Source of the DNA: the human T2T-CHM13v2.0 reference genome, Homo sapiens
DNA: 64,000 nucleotides
Reading direction: 5' to 3' (one strand)
NCBI RefSeq assembly: GCF_009914755.1
Contig: NC_060941.1
The notes beneath the pieces were generated by a model that searched no databases, was not told the DNA's origin, and saw only the letters and a list, made by a program, of their open reading frames with translations. Positions 30,761 through 50,823 of this stretch are shown in pieces (the first letter of the stretch is position 1; each line of letters starts with the position of its first letter). The position numbers and the translations under genes were made by a program.

Positions 30761-32572
30761 ACGCTTTTTTGGAGTTATCTTGTATGTGAACTACTAAAGA
30801 TGCTGTGAAATCAAAACATTTGGGTATGTTAAAACGCATTATGTCTCCCTGAATGATGTACTATATAGTGGTAGGTACCAGAACTCCATTTTGTAGTGGG
30901 AATGCTAAAATATGAAAAGGTTATTTAGTGTAATATAGCACTTTAAGGAAGATCCGTTGTCTTGACCTGACCCTTTAGACTATACTGCCGTAAGAAAGTT
31001 ATAAAACATTCAGTATCTGACTCCTCTTCTTCTACTACCATGTTTGATCTGACAGTAAAAGTTTACAAAACCCCCTTCGTCCCAGACAATGTTAAATAAT
31101 GGAACGGGAAAATTCCTATTTTTCCCCCAAAGTTATTCACAGATAAGTTGGCTAAAAATTCAAAAAATGTATGAGCTCTTTTTGGAATTAATTCATTGAA
31201 AAGAACCATTACAGTATCTATATCCCTTCCCATCTGGAATTTATTTTTTAAGACGCTCGTTGCTTCTCACAGGTTCAATGTTACCCATTTCACACCATTT
31301 AACTATTGAAAGCACTTGAAATTCCGGACCATAGGAACAGAACCAGGGTCTTTCCTCGTGATGCAACTAATGTGTCAGACTTGTAAAATAGCTCTTAGTG
31401 GCGGGCCTCCATTTAGAGAAAGACGGAAACTAGCTTTAAATACTTAGAGCTTTAATATCTAGTCCATTACACTAAAGCAGGGTCTTGTAAAGAGTCAATT
31501 ATGGTATACTTCTGATTTGATCCACATGCAAGGGAAATCCGCTTCTTTGCCTTTAAATCCCCGTTGTAAGTGTCTTGTTTAAATAATTAGTGACACTTTT
31601 TCTTTGATCAAATTGATTCATATTGTTATTCTTCTATGTTAATTTAAAACTTAATCCACATAAAACTCTAAAGCAGATTTTAATCTTGAATAAAGAAAGC
31701 TTTCTCCCAAAGAATGGAGTTTTCCAGAAAACATTTTAATTTTTAAAACATCATTAGTTGATTGAAAATAAATTTATTTTTCTGTAAGGAAATATGAGAG
31801 TCTATCACAAGCCAAAATCGTACTGTTATTTTTGGTATGTAGCGTGATGCTTTTCAGACACACACACAAAATATAAACTATATGCTTAATAGCATGACTA
31901 AGCAACTAAGCAACTGAGACCTCTAAAGACAATCAAATGTAATCTCAGTTTATGGTTTGGGGGCTAAAAAGTTTACATATATTTGAAACATTTGTCAAAG
32001 GGTTAATATCCCTCATTTAAACTTTATTTAGAATCTAAGAATTGATAAATAGAAATAAAAGCAAAATGCCAGGTTTTACTTATCAAATTCAAACTTTAAA
32101 AAATGATAATATCTAATATTGGTCAGGGCACTGGGAAACTGGCACTCTCATGCACTGCCAGTGGGTATTAGATACTAGTTCTCCGAAGGGCTTTTGGAAA
32201 GATATATCAAAAGCCTAGAAAATGCACATTACCTCTGATCCAGCAATAACAATTCCAGCAATTTAGGAGTCTAGTCTCAGGAAACAATCATAGTAAGAAT
32301 TTAGTTATGGAGATATTTCAACACTGATTCTAACAGTGAAATATTGGGAAAAAACTAAAAGTACCTCAACAAGGGATTGGTTATATACACTGTACTTACA
32401 CTCACAATTATATCCCTCGAACCTATTGAACAAATGAAATATCTATATCCCTTTTAAAAGGATGGTGTACACAAATATTCTGTTATGTATATTTGAAATA
32501 CATGGTCAATGAGTTAATATCCCTAATTCAAACTTTACTCATAATCAAATGTGCTAGGGAAAATGGTCATAA

Positions 32573-32886
<314 letters not shown>

Positions 32887-32889
32887 TAT

Positions 32890-33210
<321 letters not shown>

Positions 33211-33262
33211 ACTATTTTTATTTTTAAAATGCAAAGATGTGGAGAAAAATTGGTAGGCTATA

Positions 33263-33633
33263 CAGATACTCCTCGATTTATGAACATCATAGCTTAGCCT
33301 TATCCTACCTTAAACATGCTCAGAACATTGACATTAGCCTATTGTTGGGCAAAATCATCTAATACAAAGCCTATGTTCTAATAAAGTGCTGAATATCTCA
33401 TGCAATTTACTGAATACAGTACTGAAAGTGAAAGCTAGAGTGGGTGTGTTGGTTGTTCACTTTCCCTGCCGCTGCCCAGCATCACGAGAGAGTATCATAC
33501 TACATATCCCTATCCTGGGGAGAGGTCCAAATTCAAAATTCGAACTATGGTTTCTACTGAATGGGTATTACTTTTGCACCATCGTAAAGGTGAAATATCA
33601 AAAGTCCAGCTGTTATAAGTCAGGGACCATCTG
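33263..33633 (+). mobile_element. MER47/Tigger5-family DNA transposon
   Basis: TA-flanked ends 'cagatactcctcga' and 'gtcagggaccatctg'. Internal 'aacatcatagcttagcc...gctcagaaca'. Confidence 0.85.
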
Positions 33634-34898
33634 TACATCAAAATGCTAATAGTGGCTATTTCTGGGTTACAGGCTAATGTTTATTTTCATATTTTCATCT
33701 CTGAATTTTCTAAATTTTCTAAAATAAACATGTATTGCTTTCATAATAAGGGTATAATTTCAAACACTTGTGCAATTTTGAATTATTTATACAAGAAATA
33801 TATTCCCCAAGTTTTAAAAAATATCTAAGTAGGGAGCATAAATATTGAAAGTACTTCCTTCCTATCTCTATTCCCAATTCCACACCCTTTCCAAGATGTG
33901 ACTACTATTAATAGTTTGGTTTATCCTTTCTGATAATTTTTCTATATATCTTGTATATATACGTACACGTAAATATATTTCAATTTTGATTTTAAAATGT
34001 TGTTCATAAATAGGATTATATTCTGTGAATCCATAGAATCTTAGTCTACATAGTCAGCTCCATGAATATTTACATTATTTATCTTTTTTTTTGCTATTAT
34101 AAACAATGCTGGAGTAAACATCTTCATATGTATGTCAGTGTATACAGGTGTAAGTATTTATCTAGGATAAAACCCAAGAAACTAAGTAACAGGTTGATGA
34201 GAGTGGGCATTTCAAATTGCCTTTCAAAAAGTCTTTTAACATCCCCTGCCTGCATGGCACATTTATTATAATTGATGAGCCCACACTGACACATCATTAC
34301 GCCTAGAGTCCATAGTTTACATTAGTGTTCACTCCTGGTATTGTGCGTTCTATGCATCTGGACAAACATAAGGACATGTATCCACCATTATAGTACCATA
34401 CAGAGTAGTTTCCCTGCCCTCAAATTCCCCTGTTCTCTACCTATTTGTTCCCCCGTCCCCCTCAACTCCTGGCAACCACTTATCGATTTACTCTCTCCGT
34501 AGTTTTGCCTTTTCTGGAATGTCGTATGATTAAAATCAATACAAGCATACTTCTTTTAGTTACACTTCACCGATATTGCGTTTTTTAGAAATTGAAGGTT
34601 TGTGGCAACCCTGCATCATAAAAGTCTGTCGGCACCATTTTTCCAACAGCGTGTGCTCGCTTTGTATCTCTGGGTCACATTTTGGTAATTCTCACAATAT
34701 TTCTAACTTCCGCATTATTATTATATGATAATAATAGTTATGGTGATCTGTGATCAGTGTTCTTTGATGTTACTATTGTAATTGTTTTGGGGCACCAAAA
34801 CCATGTCCATTTAATACAGCAAATTTAATCAATAAATGTTGTATGTGTTCTGATTGCTCCACTGACCAGCCATTCCCCTGTCTCTCTCCTTCTCCTCA

Positions 34899-35312
<414 letters not shown>

Positions 35313-35707
35313 TCAAACCAGCCACAACATTCCCTTAAGCCAAAGCCTAATCCAGAGCAAAGCCCTAATTCTCTTTTATGAAGGCTGAGGGAGGTGAAGA
35401 AGCTGCACAAGAAAAGTTTGAAGCTGTAAGAGGTTGGTTCATGAAGTTTGAAGAGAGAAGTCTCTGTAACATAAAAGTGCAAGTGAAGCAGCAAGGGCTG
35501 ATGTAGAAGCTACAGCAAGTTATCTGGCAGTCTAGCTGAGATCATTGATGAAAGTGGCTACAGTAAACAACAGATTTTCAATGTAGACAAAACAGCCTTC
35601 TATCAGAAGATGCCACCTAAGACTTTCATGGCTAGAGAGGAGAAGTCAATGCCTGCACTACAGCTTCACAGGCTGACTCTCTTGTTATGAGCTAATGTTG
35701 CTGGTGA

Positions 35708-36081
<374 letters not shown>

Positions 36082-36084
36082 TAA

Positions 36085-38334
<2,250 letters not shown>

Positions 38335-38765
38335 CATGGTTTATTGAATGTTTTAAGCCCACAGTTGAGACCTACTGCTCATTAAAAAAATTCCTTTCAA
38401 AATATTACTGCTCATTGACAATTAACCTAGTCATCAAGAACTCTGATAGAGATGTACAAGGAGATTGTTGTTATTTTTATGCCTCCTAAAACAACATCCA
38501 TTCTATACTTCATGGATCAAGGAATAATTTCAACTTTCAAGTCATTTTTTAAGAAGTAAATTTTGTAAGTCTAGGGCTGCTATAGATAGTGATTTCTGTG
38601 ATGGATCTGAGCACAGTACATTGAAAACTTTCGGGAAAGGACCCACCCTTCTAGATGCAATCACATTTGTGGTTCATGGGAGGAAATAAAAATATCAATA
38701 TTAACAGGAGTTTGGAAGAAGTTGATTTCAACCCTCACTGGATGACTTGCTGAAGTCTTGGATAA

Positions 38766-39063
<298 letters not shown>

Positions 39064-39844
39064 AGCAAAAAAATATTTTTAATTAAGGTGTGTACATTGT
39101 TTTTTAGACATAGTGCTATTGCACACGTAAGAGACTACAGTACAGTGCAAATGTAACTTTTATATGCATTAAGAAACCAAAACATTTGTGTGACCCACTT
39201 TATTGTGATATTTGTTTTATTGCGGTAGTCTGGAACTAAACCCACAATCTCTCTGGGGTATGTCTATAGTATGCAGCCTTTACAGACTAGGTTTTCTCCC
39301 TTAGTAATATGCATCTAAGTTTCTTCCATGTCTGTTCATGGCTTAATAGCTTACTTATTTTTAGCACTGAATAATATTTTATTGTATGGATGTACCAGTT
39401 TGTTTATTCACCTACTGAAGGACATTTTGATTTTCCAAGTTTGGGCACTTTGAATAAAATTGCCATAAATATCTGTGTGTAGGTTTTTGTGTGAACATAA
39501 GTTTTCAACTAATTTAGGTAAATACCAAGGAGCAATTGCTGGATTGCATGGTAAGCATTTGCTTAATTTTGTAAGAAACTGCCAAAGTGTCTCCCAAAGT
39601 GGCTATAGCATTTTGCATTTCCACTAGCAATGAATGAGAATTCCTATTGCTTCATCCTTGTCAGTACTTGGTGCTGTCTGTGTTCTGGGCTTTGTCCATT
39701 CTAATAATTGCAGTGGTATCTCATTGCTGTTTTAATTTGCATTTCCCCAATTACATATTATGTGGAGCGTCTCTTCATATGCTCATTTTCCATCTGCATA
39801 TCTACTTTGGGGAGGTGTCTGTTAAGGTCTTTGGTTCTTTTTTA

Positions 39845-40148
<304 letters not shown>

Positions 40149-40311
40149 ACTAGTTGCTTTTCTTATTTTTGAGCTTTAAGAGTTCTTCAGTTCTTCGTAT
40201 AGGTTAGAAAACAGTACTTTATCAGATATGTCTTGTGCAACTATTTTCTCACAGTCTGTGGCTTGCCTTTTTTTTTTTTTTTTTTTTTTTACAGTGTCCT
40301 TCACAGAATAA

Positions 40312-40665
<354 letters not shown>

Positions 40666-40935
40666 TTATTTATTTATTTATTGAGACAGGGTCTCACTCT
40701 GACGCCAAAGCTGGAGTTCAGTGGCATGATCTCAGCTCACTGCAACCTGCGCCTCCCAGGTTCAAGCGATCCTCCTGCTTCAGCCTTCTGAGTAGCTGGG
40801 ACTACAGGCATGTGCCACCACACTTGGCTAATTGCTTTTGTATTTTTTGTAGACACGGGGTTTTACTATGTTCCTCAGGCTGGTCTCAAACTCTCAAACT
40901 CCTGGGCTCAAGCAATCAATCCTCCTACCTCAGAC
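40666..40935 (-). mobile_element. AluJ (5'-truncated)
   Basis: 'ctcctgggctcaagcaatc'. Confidence 0.85.
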
Positions 40936-43164
40936 TCATGCAGTGGTGTCATATTTAAAATCTTTGCCAAATCAAAGGTCATCGAATTTTCCCCTATATT
41001 ATCTTCTAGGAGTTTTATAGTTTTGTGTTTTACATTTAGGTCTGTGATAAAGTTTGAGTTAATTTTTGTGAAGAGTGAAAGGCCTATATCTAAATGTATT
41101 TTTCTGCATGTCCAGTTGTACCAGGACCATTTGTTGAAAAGACTGTCTTTTCTCCACTGTATTGTCTTTGTTCCTTTGTCACAGATCAGTTGAGTATATT
41201 TATGTGGGTCTATTTCTAGGCTCTCTATTCTGTTCCATTGATCTGTTTGTCTTTTCTTTCACCAAATACTATCACTACCATGTCTTGATTACTATAGCTT
41301 TGTAGTAAGTCTTGAAATTGCACGGTGGAAGTCCTCTAACTTTGCTCTTCTTCAATATTGTGTTTGCTATTCTGGGTCTTTTGCCTGTCCATATAAACTT
41401 TAGAATCAGTTTGTAGAAATCCACAAAATAACTTGCTGGGATTTTGATTGGAATTGCATTGAATCTATAGGTCATGAGGGAAGAACTGACTTCTTGACAA
41501 TATTGATCTTCCTATCCATAAACATGGAATCTCTCTCCATTTATTTAGTTATTTGATTTCTTTCATTGGAGTTTTGGAAATCATGTAAATATTTTGTTAA
41601 ATTTATACTTAAGCAATTCATTTTTGGGGGGTGCTAAATAAAATAAACAAGTATAATTTTAATTTCAAATTCTACTTTTTTATTGCTGGTATATAGAGAA
41701 GTGATCAACTTTTGTATGTTAACTTTATATCCTGCAAACTTGCTATAATTGCTTATTAGTGTTGGGAGCTTTTCTTTCAGACTTTCTACATAGATGATCA
41801 CATCATCTGCAAACAAAGACAATTTTATTTCTTCCTTCATGGTTTTTATACCTCTCTTATTTCCTTTTATTGTCTTATTGTATTAAATAAGACTTCTAGT
41901 CTGATGCTAAAAAGCAGCAGTGAGAGGGGACATCCTTGCCTTGTTCCCAGTCTTAGTGAGAAAGCTTTGAATTTCTCACCATTAAGTATGATATTAGCTG
42001 TAGGTTTTTGCAGAGGTTCTTTATTAAATTGAAGAAGCTCCCCTCTGTTTCTAATTTACTGAGAGTTTTTATCATTAATGGACATTACATTTTGTCAAAC
42101 GCTGTTTTGTGCATTTATTGATATGATAAAGTGATTTTTCTTCTTTAGCCTTCTTTTGATGTGATGAATTACATTAATTGATTTTTAAATGATGAATCAG
42201 CTTTGCATACCTGAGATAAATCTCACTTGGTAATGGTGTAGAGTTTTTTATACATTCTTGGATTCAATTTGCTAATATTTTGCTCAAGATTTTTATATCT
42301 GTGTTCATGAACAATATTGGTCTGCAGTTTTCTTTCTTTCTAATGTCTTTGTCTGGCATTGACATTAGGATAATGCTTTTATCTTCTGAAAGTAAATATG
42401 GTAGAATTCACCTATGAACCCACTTGGGCTTGGTGCTTTCTATTTTGTAAGGTCATTCATTACTAATTCAATTTATTTAATAGGTATAGGCCAGAGCATT
42501 TCTTCTTATGTGACTTTTGGCAGATTGTGTCTTTCAAGGAATTGGTCCATTCCATCTAGGTTATCAAAGTTGTGGGCAGAAAATAGTTTATAGTATTCCT
42601 ATATTATCTTTGTAATGTCCATAGGGTCTGTAGTGATGTTTCCTCTTTCATTTCTGATATTAGTAATTTGTGTCCTTTCTCTTTTTTCTTGATTAGCTTG
42701 GCCAGGGGCTTATCAAAGAACCAGCTTTCGGTTTCATTGATTTTTCTCTATTGAATTCCTATTTTCAATTTCATTGATTTCTGTTCCAGATTTTATTATT
42801 TCTTTTCTTCTACTTACTTCAGATTTAATTTGCTCTTCTTCTTTTAACTTCCTAAAGTGGAAACTTAGATGACTGATTTTAGATCTTTGTTTTCTAATGT
42901 ACACATTCAATGTTATAGATTTTCCCCTAAGCACTGGTTTTGCCACATCCCACAAATTTTGATAAGTTGTGTTTTTATTTTTATTTAATTCAAAAATATT
43001 TTAAATTTTCTCTTGAGATTTCTTCTTTGACATATATGTTATTTAGAAGTGTATAGTTTCATCTCCAAGTATTTTGGTATTTTCCAGCTATCTTTCTGTT
43101 ATTGATTTCTTGTTTAATTCTGTTGAGGTCTTAAAGCAGACATTGCATGATTTCTATTCTTTTA

Positions 43165-46100
43165 AACAATGCTTTAATTATTGTATCTTTATAGCAGGTT
43201 TTGGATATGGTAAGGTAATTGCTCCCTCATTGTTCTTTATCAAGTAGTTCTGTTATGGTCTTATTCAGTTTCTTTTTAGTAAATAATTGAGAATCAGCTT
43301 GTCAAGTTCCATGGAAATACTTATCAGGATTTTGTTTGAGATTGCATTAAACTTATGAATAATTTGAGGAGAACTGTCATCTTTACAATATTGAGTCTTC
43401 CAATCCAATAACATGGTATTTAACTCCATTGATTCTTCTTTTATAGCTTTCACTGAGGTTCAGTAGTTTATTTTATGTAGTTCATACACATTTCTTGTTA
43501 AGTTTTTTCCTAGGAATTTATTTATTTCCTGTAATTGCTGGGATAAAAGACATCTATCGATGTTTCTACACTGATCTTTAGTTAGTTACTTTGCACATTC
43601 TCTTATTAGTTCTTAGAGCTGTTGATTTTTCTAATTAGCACATGGTTTGCAAACAATGACACTTTTGTCTGTTTCCAATATTTATTATTCTCATTTACTT
43701 TTCTTATCACATTGCATCGGCTTTCAGTATAACGTTAAACAGTAGTTATAAAGGACATCCTATCTGGTTCCAGATTTTAAAGGAAATGCTTATATATTTG
43801 ATTAGATTTCTTAATAGATAAATTTTGTCAAGTTCAGGAAGTTTACTTTTATCTCTAATTTACTAAAAATGGTTGTCTGTTTATTTAATAAGGAATGAAT
43901 GGGTGCTGAGTTTTATTAAATTTTTTTAAAAGTCGGGGCCATTGAGATTATCTTTTTCTCTGTTAATTAAATAATTTATAGACTACTAAATCACCTTTGC
44001 ATTTCTGACATATATCCTGGTTTGACATAATGTATTTATTTAAAATATCACTGGACTTGATTTGTGAATATATTATTTAAATTTTTGCTTTTTCATAAAT
44101 GACATTGGTCTATATCTAAGTGTAGGCTGCCCTTGTCTAGATTTGGTTTCTGCCTATGAGGCTGAGATAGGAAGTTTTAGCTCACTGTGTTCTAGAGCAT
44201 TTTATCTATTAAAAGAAACAATTATTCCTTGAGATTTTGTAGATTTTGTAGAGGAAGACTTCTCACTTAACATATTTTTAAATATGTTAAGTTGTTTATC
44301 TTATGGAATAGATTTTGTTAAGTTACATTTTTCTAGAAAGTCTTCCATTTTATTTAGATTTTAAAATTTATTGGTATGTAGATAAACTTTAAATATATTT
44401 ATTTGTGCTTTCTTTGTTCTTGATCAGATTTGCAAGAACTTTGTATATTTTACTGATTGTTTTAACTTCAATTTTTTGTATTATTCATTGGTTCTACTAG
44501 TTTGAGTTTTGCATTAATTTCTGCCTTCATCTTGATTAATTCATTACTCCTTTGGGGGGCTTATTTTATTGTTTTTTCCCCTAATTCTTTGAGTCAAATG
44601 CTTAATTAACTCATTTGAATCTTTCTATATTCTATTAATACTCTAAAAGTATCCTCTAAATATCACTTTGTTTGCATCCAGTAGATTTTGGTATATTGTG
44701 CTTTTCTTGATTTTTATTTCCACATAGTTTGTAATTTGATGGAATAACATTAAAGATGTTTAATTTTTTTCTCGTAGAGAGATTTTTGGGGAAAATATCC
44801 TTTATTAATTACTAATCACTAATTTTATTGAATTGTGATTGGAAATTCATGTCACATAAGATTTCTGTTTTTCTGGTATTTATTAATATTTCCCTTACAA
44901 TTTAATACATGGCTGAATTTTGAGAATCTTCCATGGATGTTTGAAGATAAATATATTATGCTTTTCCTGGGTATAATGTTCTATGTGTATTGTTTAGATT
45001 TGTTTGTTTGATTGTTAGTTTAAATCCTTATGTCTTTACTTTGTGTGTGTACATGATCATCTGATTTCTCAGAGAGAGTTGTTAGACTCTTACACTTTAA
45101 TTATGGATTTGTGAATTTCTTCTTGTATTTCTATCAATTGTTACTGAATAATGTATATTTTAAAGCTATGTTCTTGTTCATAAAAGTTCAAAATTCTTAT
45201 TTCTTCTTGATGGATTATATTTTTACCAAAATGAAAAATCCTTGTCCCTTTTGTCGTTTTTCATCTTTTACACTAAAACTAGTATTTTGTCTGAAATTAA
45301 TATTACTATATCTGCTTCCTTATTTTAACATTTATCTGGGATAGATTTTTCCATTTCTTCACTTCAAACTTTTCTTCATCATTTTATCTTATATATGAAT
45401 CTTGTAAATAACATATGACAAGATTTTTTTAAAACCTAATTGGATTTTCTGTCCTTTAATTGGAAAATTTAACAGGTTTACATTTATTAAGAATACCGGT
45501 ATATTTTGACTTAATCTTGCTACCTCACTTTATGTTTTCTATTTACTATTGTTTCTTTTTTTATTGTCTTCTGTTGGATTTATTTATTTCTTCTTTTTCC
45601 CTTTATTTATTGTTTTGGAAACTATATATTCCATTTTCCTAATGGATTCTTTTACATTTTACATTAAGCTTTCTAATTTTTCTCTTTTTAAAATCATTTG
45701 TGTATATATCTAGGCACCTCTTGGCCCCAACACGAATCTTAGCAAACATTCATCTTCTTTCTTGTACTTTTGTCTTTCTTCTTCTGCTTCACACATTGAA
45801 GTCATCTGGTACTTTAGTTCCAGGTTGTTGTTAACTATTTTTCATTATGCTTGAATATCATCAGACTTATTCTAGGTTTTACTTCTTTGCTTACCGTTTG
45901 TTTCTGATATCTCTTATAGTCCTCTGAATTCCTTTTTTGGCAGGGGTTGGGATGGCTTATGTCTTTTAGTAATTCTCTAAAGAGAAAATTTGTGGGTGGT
46001 AAACTTCTAAGTCTTACTGTGTCTGCAAATGTCTTAATTTTTGTCTCACTATGTAAATATTAATTAACTAGGAATAATATTTTAGTTTTAAGATAATATT

Positions 46101-46350
46101 CCCTCATTATATTGAGCTATTATTTCATCTCAATATAATTTTGGTATCTAGTCCTAGTAATTAGACATGAAATGCCAATGTAAAATCTACGCTTTTGTAG
46201 ATGGTTTTTCCTGTCTTTATTCTTGGTATTTTGAGGTAAGCCCACGATGCAGGCCCTTTCCATCTGCCTTCAGACCTGGGAAATTTTCTTCTATTATTTC
46301 TTTGATTATTTCCTCCCTTCCATCGGCTATGGTCTCTTTCAGGAGTTCTT
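43165..46350 (-). mobile_element. Very old L1M (L1ME-like) remnants
   Basis: T-rich decayed antisense ORF2 (minus-strand ORF KFNAISNKILISISMELDKLIL). Confidence 0.7.
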
Positions 46351-46599
46351 CAAAATATGTAATCTGATAGACTTTTTCTTGTTTTTTGACATTTTATGAC
46401 TTTTTTGGGAGAAACAGGCATATAATCAGTTCAAAATCTTAATCTAGTCTTTCTATGCATTATTAAGGAAATTTTAAGATAAATGTCAAATTATACTTTT
46501 GAATGTGATTGAATTTGGGCTCTGGTTATTTTTCCAAATAATATATTTTTAAAATCCTTGAATGGATTCCCTTTAGATAACCCTATGGAATTTTTCACT

Positions 46600-47650
46600 C
46601 CTTCAACCAATATTTATTTAGTGCCTAATTTTTGCTTGGCATTGTTCTAGGTTCTAAGGATTCAAAGTTTTTTAAAAAGATACAATTTTAAGGTCTGACA
46701 CAGAGTTTCCCAACCTTGGTACTACCCATGTTTGACTGGATAATTCTTTGTTGTGGGAGGTTGTCCTGGCCATGAGAAGATGTTCAGCAGCATCTCTGGC
46801 CTCTACCCAATAGATGCCAGTAGCACCACCACCACCCCATTGCTGTGACAATAAAAAATGGATCCAGTCATTGCCAAATGTCCTCTGATGGGCAAAATTG
46901 CACTGCCCCCAGCACACTCTCTGTCACCACTGAAAATCATTGGTTTAGCAGGAGAAATAGCTAGTATACTACCGGGTCTATGGCAGTGGAAGAATATATA
47001 GAATGTTGGCACAAAGAAGGTAATGCCTGAGGTTCAGGAAATGTTTTACAATGCAAAAGATAACTTGGCCTGGATCTTAAAGGAAGAATTAGGTACTGGT
47101 CAGGTAAACAAGGAATAAGGGAAGAAAGAATAGTAATATTCAGGAGAAAAACAGCATGCGAAGACAGAAAGGTTGAAACAATTTGATGCATCTGAGAAAC
47201 TCTTAGTAGTTCAGTTCAGTGTGTGGTTGGAATACAGATCTGAGGGCTATGGTAAAAAGGGAAGAAAACAATAGAGCTGGAGAGGTAGTTAGGGACAAGG
47301 TTATAAAGGAACAGGCAGGCTATGCTAGGAAATTTGTGCTTTGTTCAGCAGTGATGGAAAACCACTGGAAGTGTTAAGCAGGGAAATGGCATTTTAGGAA
47401 GACAGTTTTATAAATATGCAATGAATGGTTTAAAAAGATATGAAACTAGAAATAGGAAGACTGGATAGAAGAAAATTATAACAACCAAGTTAAGGACCCA
47501 AACTAGGGCAATGGGGGCCCGAGAGATGGAAAATGGGACATGCAATATATAGGAGGTAGAAATGATAAAATTTCCTGATTGTTATATGGAGAATAAAGAA
47601 TTGGGAGGATTAAGGACAATGTCAAATTTTGGTGAAAAGAAAGGGTAAAT
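46600..47650 (-). mobile_element. L2 fragments (host of the MER20)
   Basis: 3' end 'caatatttatttagtgccta...ggcattgttctagg' and purine-rich L2 body. Confidence 0.65.
46701..46932 (-). mobile_element. MER20 hAT element
   Basis: 'cagcagcatctctggcctctacccaatagatgccagtagcacc' and 'cattgccaaatgtcctctg'. Confidence 0.9.
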
Positions 47651-48479
47651 GGAGCTGTTAGCAAATTGTGTTTACAGGTAGAAAATTCAAATAAATATCC
47701 CTGGGACAAAAACAAAAAACAAAGAAAACAAAAAAACCCTAAGTATCTTATAGCTCTATAGTTCTAAACACAATAGACAAGACATAAATTGATAGTTTTT
47801 AGAAAAACAGAACCAACACCCCCCATCTTTCCCAAAAAATCACTGTTTACTTTCATCACAACAAATTTCAACATCTTCTCTAAACATTTTCTCATGGTCT
47901 TTTTATCCCAAAGCTTTAAGAGAATGCTTTATATATATTTTTTCAAATTATTTCACTGTTAACTGATTTTTGACACATTATTTCAGCTGTTACAAAAGAC
48001 TGTGAAATTTTAAGCCAAGATCGGACCATGAGGACTAAATTTTTTTGTTTATTAATGACATAAAAAATAGACAATTGTATCCATAAAATGATTTAAGTTC
48101 CATAAGCAACCATAAACGCCAAATAATTCAAGGTTTGGAGAATTTTTTTTTTCAGCATCTTTGCTGAAGAACTATGGTACTGAGGACCTCTACTGTTGAG
48201 AATATGAATGGCTTCACTGCTAGGATTAAATTTTCAGGGAATAAAAACATCAACCAGGCATAGGCAATCTACAGTCTGCCCAAAGTACAGAAATTATTTT
48301 CAGAGGCACACGGATAGTTGTGTCACTGGAACCTACGCAGAAATGCGTATGAGGTAGAATTTAGGTCTCCTCTCACCTTCTGGACTTCTCTACCTCCGTG
48401 TGCCCAGGGTCTAGTGCTGTCTTCTGGCTTGAGTCTGTGTTGGGCCTGATTACTACAGGTTTTTTTTTGGTGTTGTTGT

Positions 48480-48619
48480 TCTTACTCTGTTCTTTTTTCT
48501 TTTCTTTTCTTCTCCTTCCTTCCTCTTTCTTTCCCTCTCTCGTTTTTCTTTCTCTCTTCCTCCCTTCATTCTTCTTTCTTTCTTTTTCCCTCCCTCCCTC
48601 TCTCCCTGTCTTTCTTTCT

Positions 48620-48635
<16 letters not shown>
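48480..48635. repeat. CT-rich low-complexity tract (expanded Alu tail)
   Basis: Seen directly. Confidence 0.85.
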
Positions 48636-49221
<586 letters not shown>

Positions 49222-49224
49222 TAA

Positions 49225-49624
<400 letters not shown>

Positions 49625-49734
49625 GTGCACTTGATCTTTAAGTGAGATTTAATTCCAGTACTTCCATGACACTCATTATTAGTGTTTGAATTGACCCAAG
49701 CACCTCTCTGGTATACCTTGGCCAGTAACTGTCC

Positions 49735-49870
49735 CACATGCTAGGATTTGAATTTAGGTCCTGCTATTTATTAGTTTATTACCAAGGAACTTGTTCAAGT
49801 TACTTGACCTCTCACTCAATTTTCTCCTCTGTTCAAATGGGAGAAATAACATTTTTTAAAAAATGTTTGA
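49735..49870 (+). mobile_element. MIR
   Basis: 'caagttacttgacctctc...tttctcctctgttcaaatggg'. Confidence 0.65.
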
Positions 49871-50506
49871 TCAAGTTAGATTTGTGAAAACATGTAAGAC
49901 AGAGACGGATACAAAATGAATGTTCAATATTCCTAATGTCCCTTCTCTCCCTTTCCCTTCCCTTTATAAAAAATCAATTCAGAGTGAGAAATATCTGTGT
50001 TGAAAAATACGCTTAAGGGGGATCCTTTATCAACAACATATTTCCAAGCCAAATGTGAGTCAAACCAAATTCATGTCTTCATCAGATTGTGTTTTTACCA
50101 CAAGAAAGTTTCTCAAATTAGGATTTATGTTGACAAAAGAAATTGGGTGTTAGAGGGCTTGGTCGTACACAAAGCACCAAAGCTGTAATCAGCTTTGTAT
50201 AAAGGATTCTATAGAATTACAAAGAGTTTAGTCAACTCCCACAGTCATATGTGAATTGTGAGGTTTGGTCCGGGGACAGGTGAAGGAAAGGATCCTATGA
50301 AAGCTGGCAACAAGAGAAAGCGAAGCCCCAAATATAAAGAAGGCCTACATCATCTCTACACTATCCAATCACATTCACAACATGGCAGCATTGTGCATTT
50401 GGGCCTCCATACAAAGAAAATTCATCAGCTCCTGTGCCTCGCCTTCCAGGACTCAGAGTGAGGCCATCCTGTCACACGCTGTTTTGTTAAAAAGATATAC
50501 CAAACC

Positions 50507-50791
50507 GGCCAGGAGCAGTGGCTCACGCCTATAATCCCAGCACTTTGGGAGGCTGAGGCAAGTGGATCACTTGAGGTCAGGATTTCAAGACCAGCCTGGC
50601 CAACATAGTGAAACCCCATCTCTACTAAAAATATAAAAATTAGCCAGGCCCGGTGGTGGGCACCTGTAATCCAAGCTACTCTGGAGGCTGAGGCAGGAGA
50701 ATTGCTTGAACCCCGGGAGGTGGAGGTTGCAGTGAGCCGAGACTGCACTACTGCACTCCAGCCTGGGCGACAGAGAGAGACTCTGTCTCAG

Positions 50792-50819
<28 letters not shown>
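50507..50819 (+). mobile_element. AluS
   Basis: Full length with A tail. Confidence 0.92.

Positions 50820-50823
<4 letters not shown>

Noticed and set aside
48141-48360. Strong T-rich acceptor at 48153-48155
   Set aside because: I found no strong matching donor downstream.
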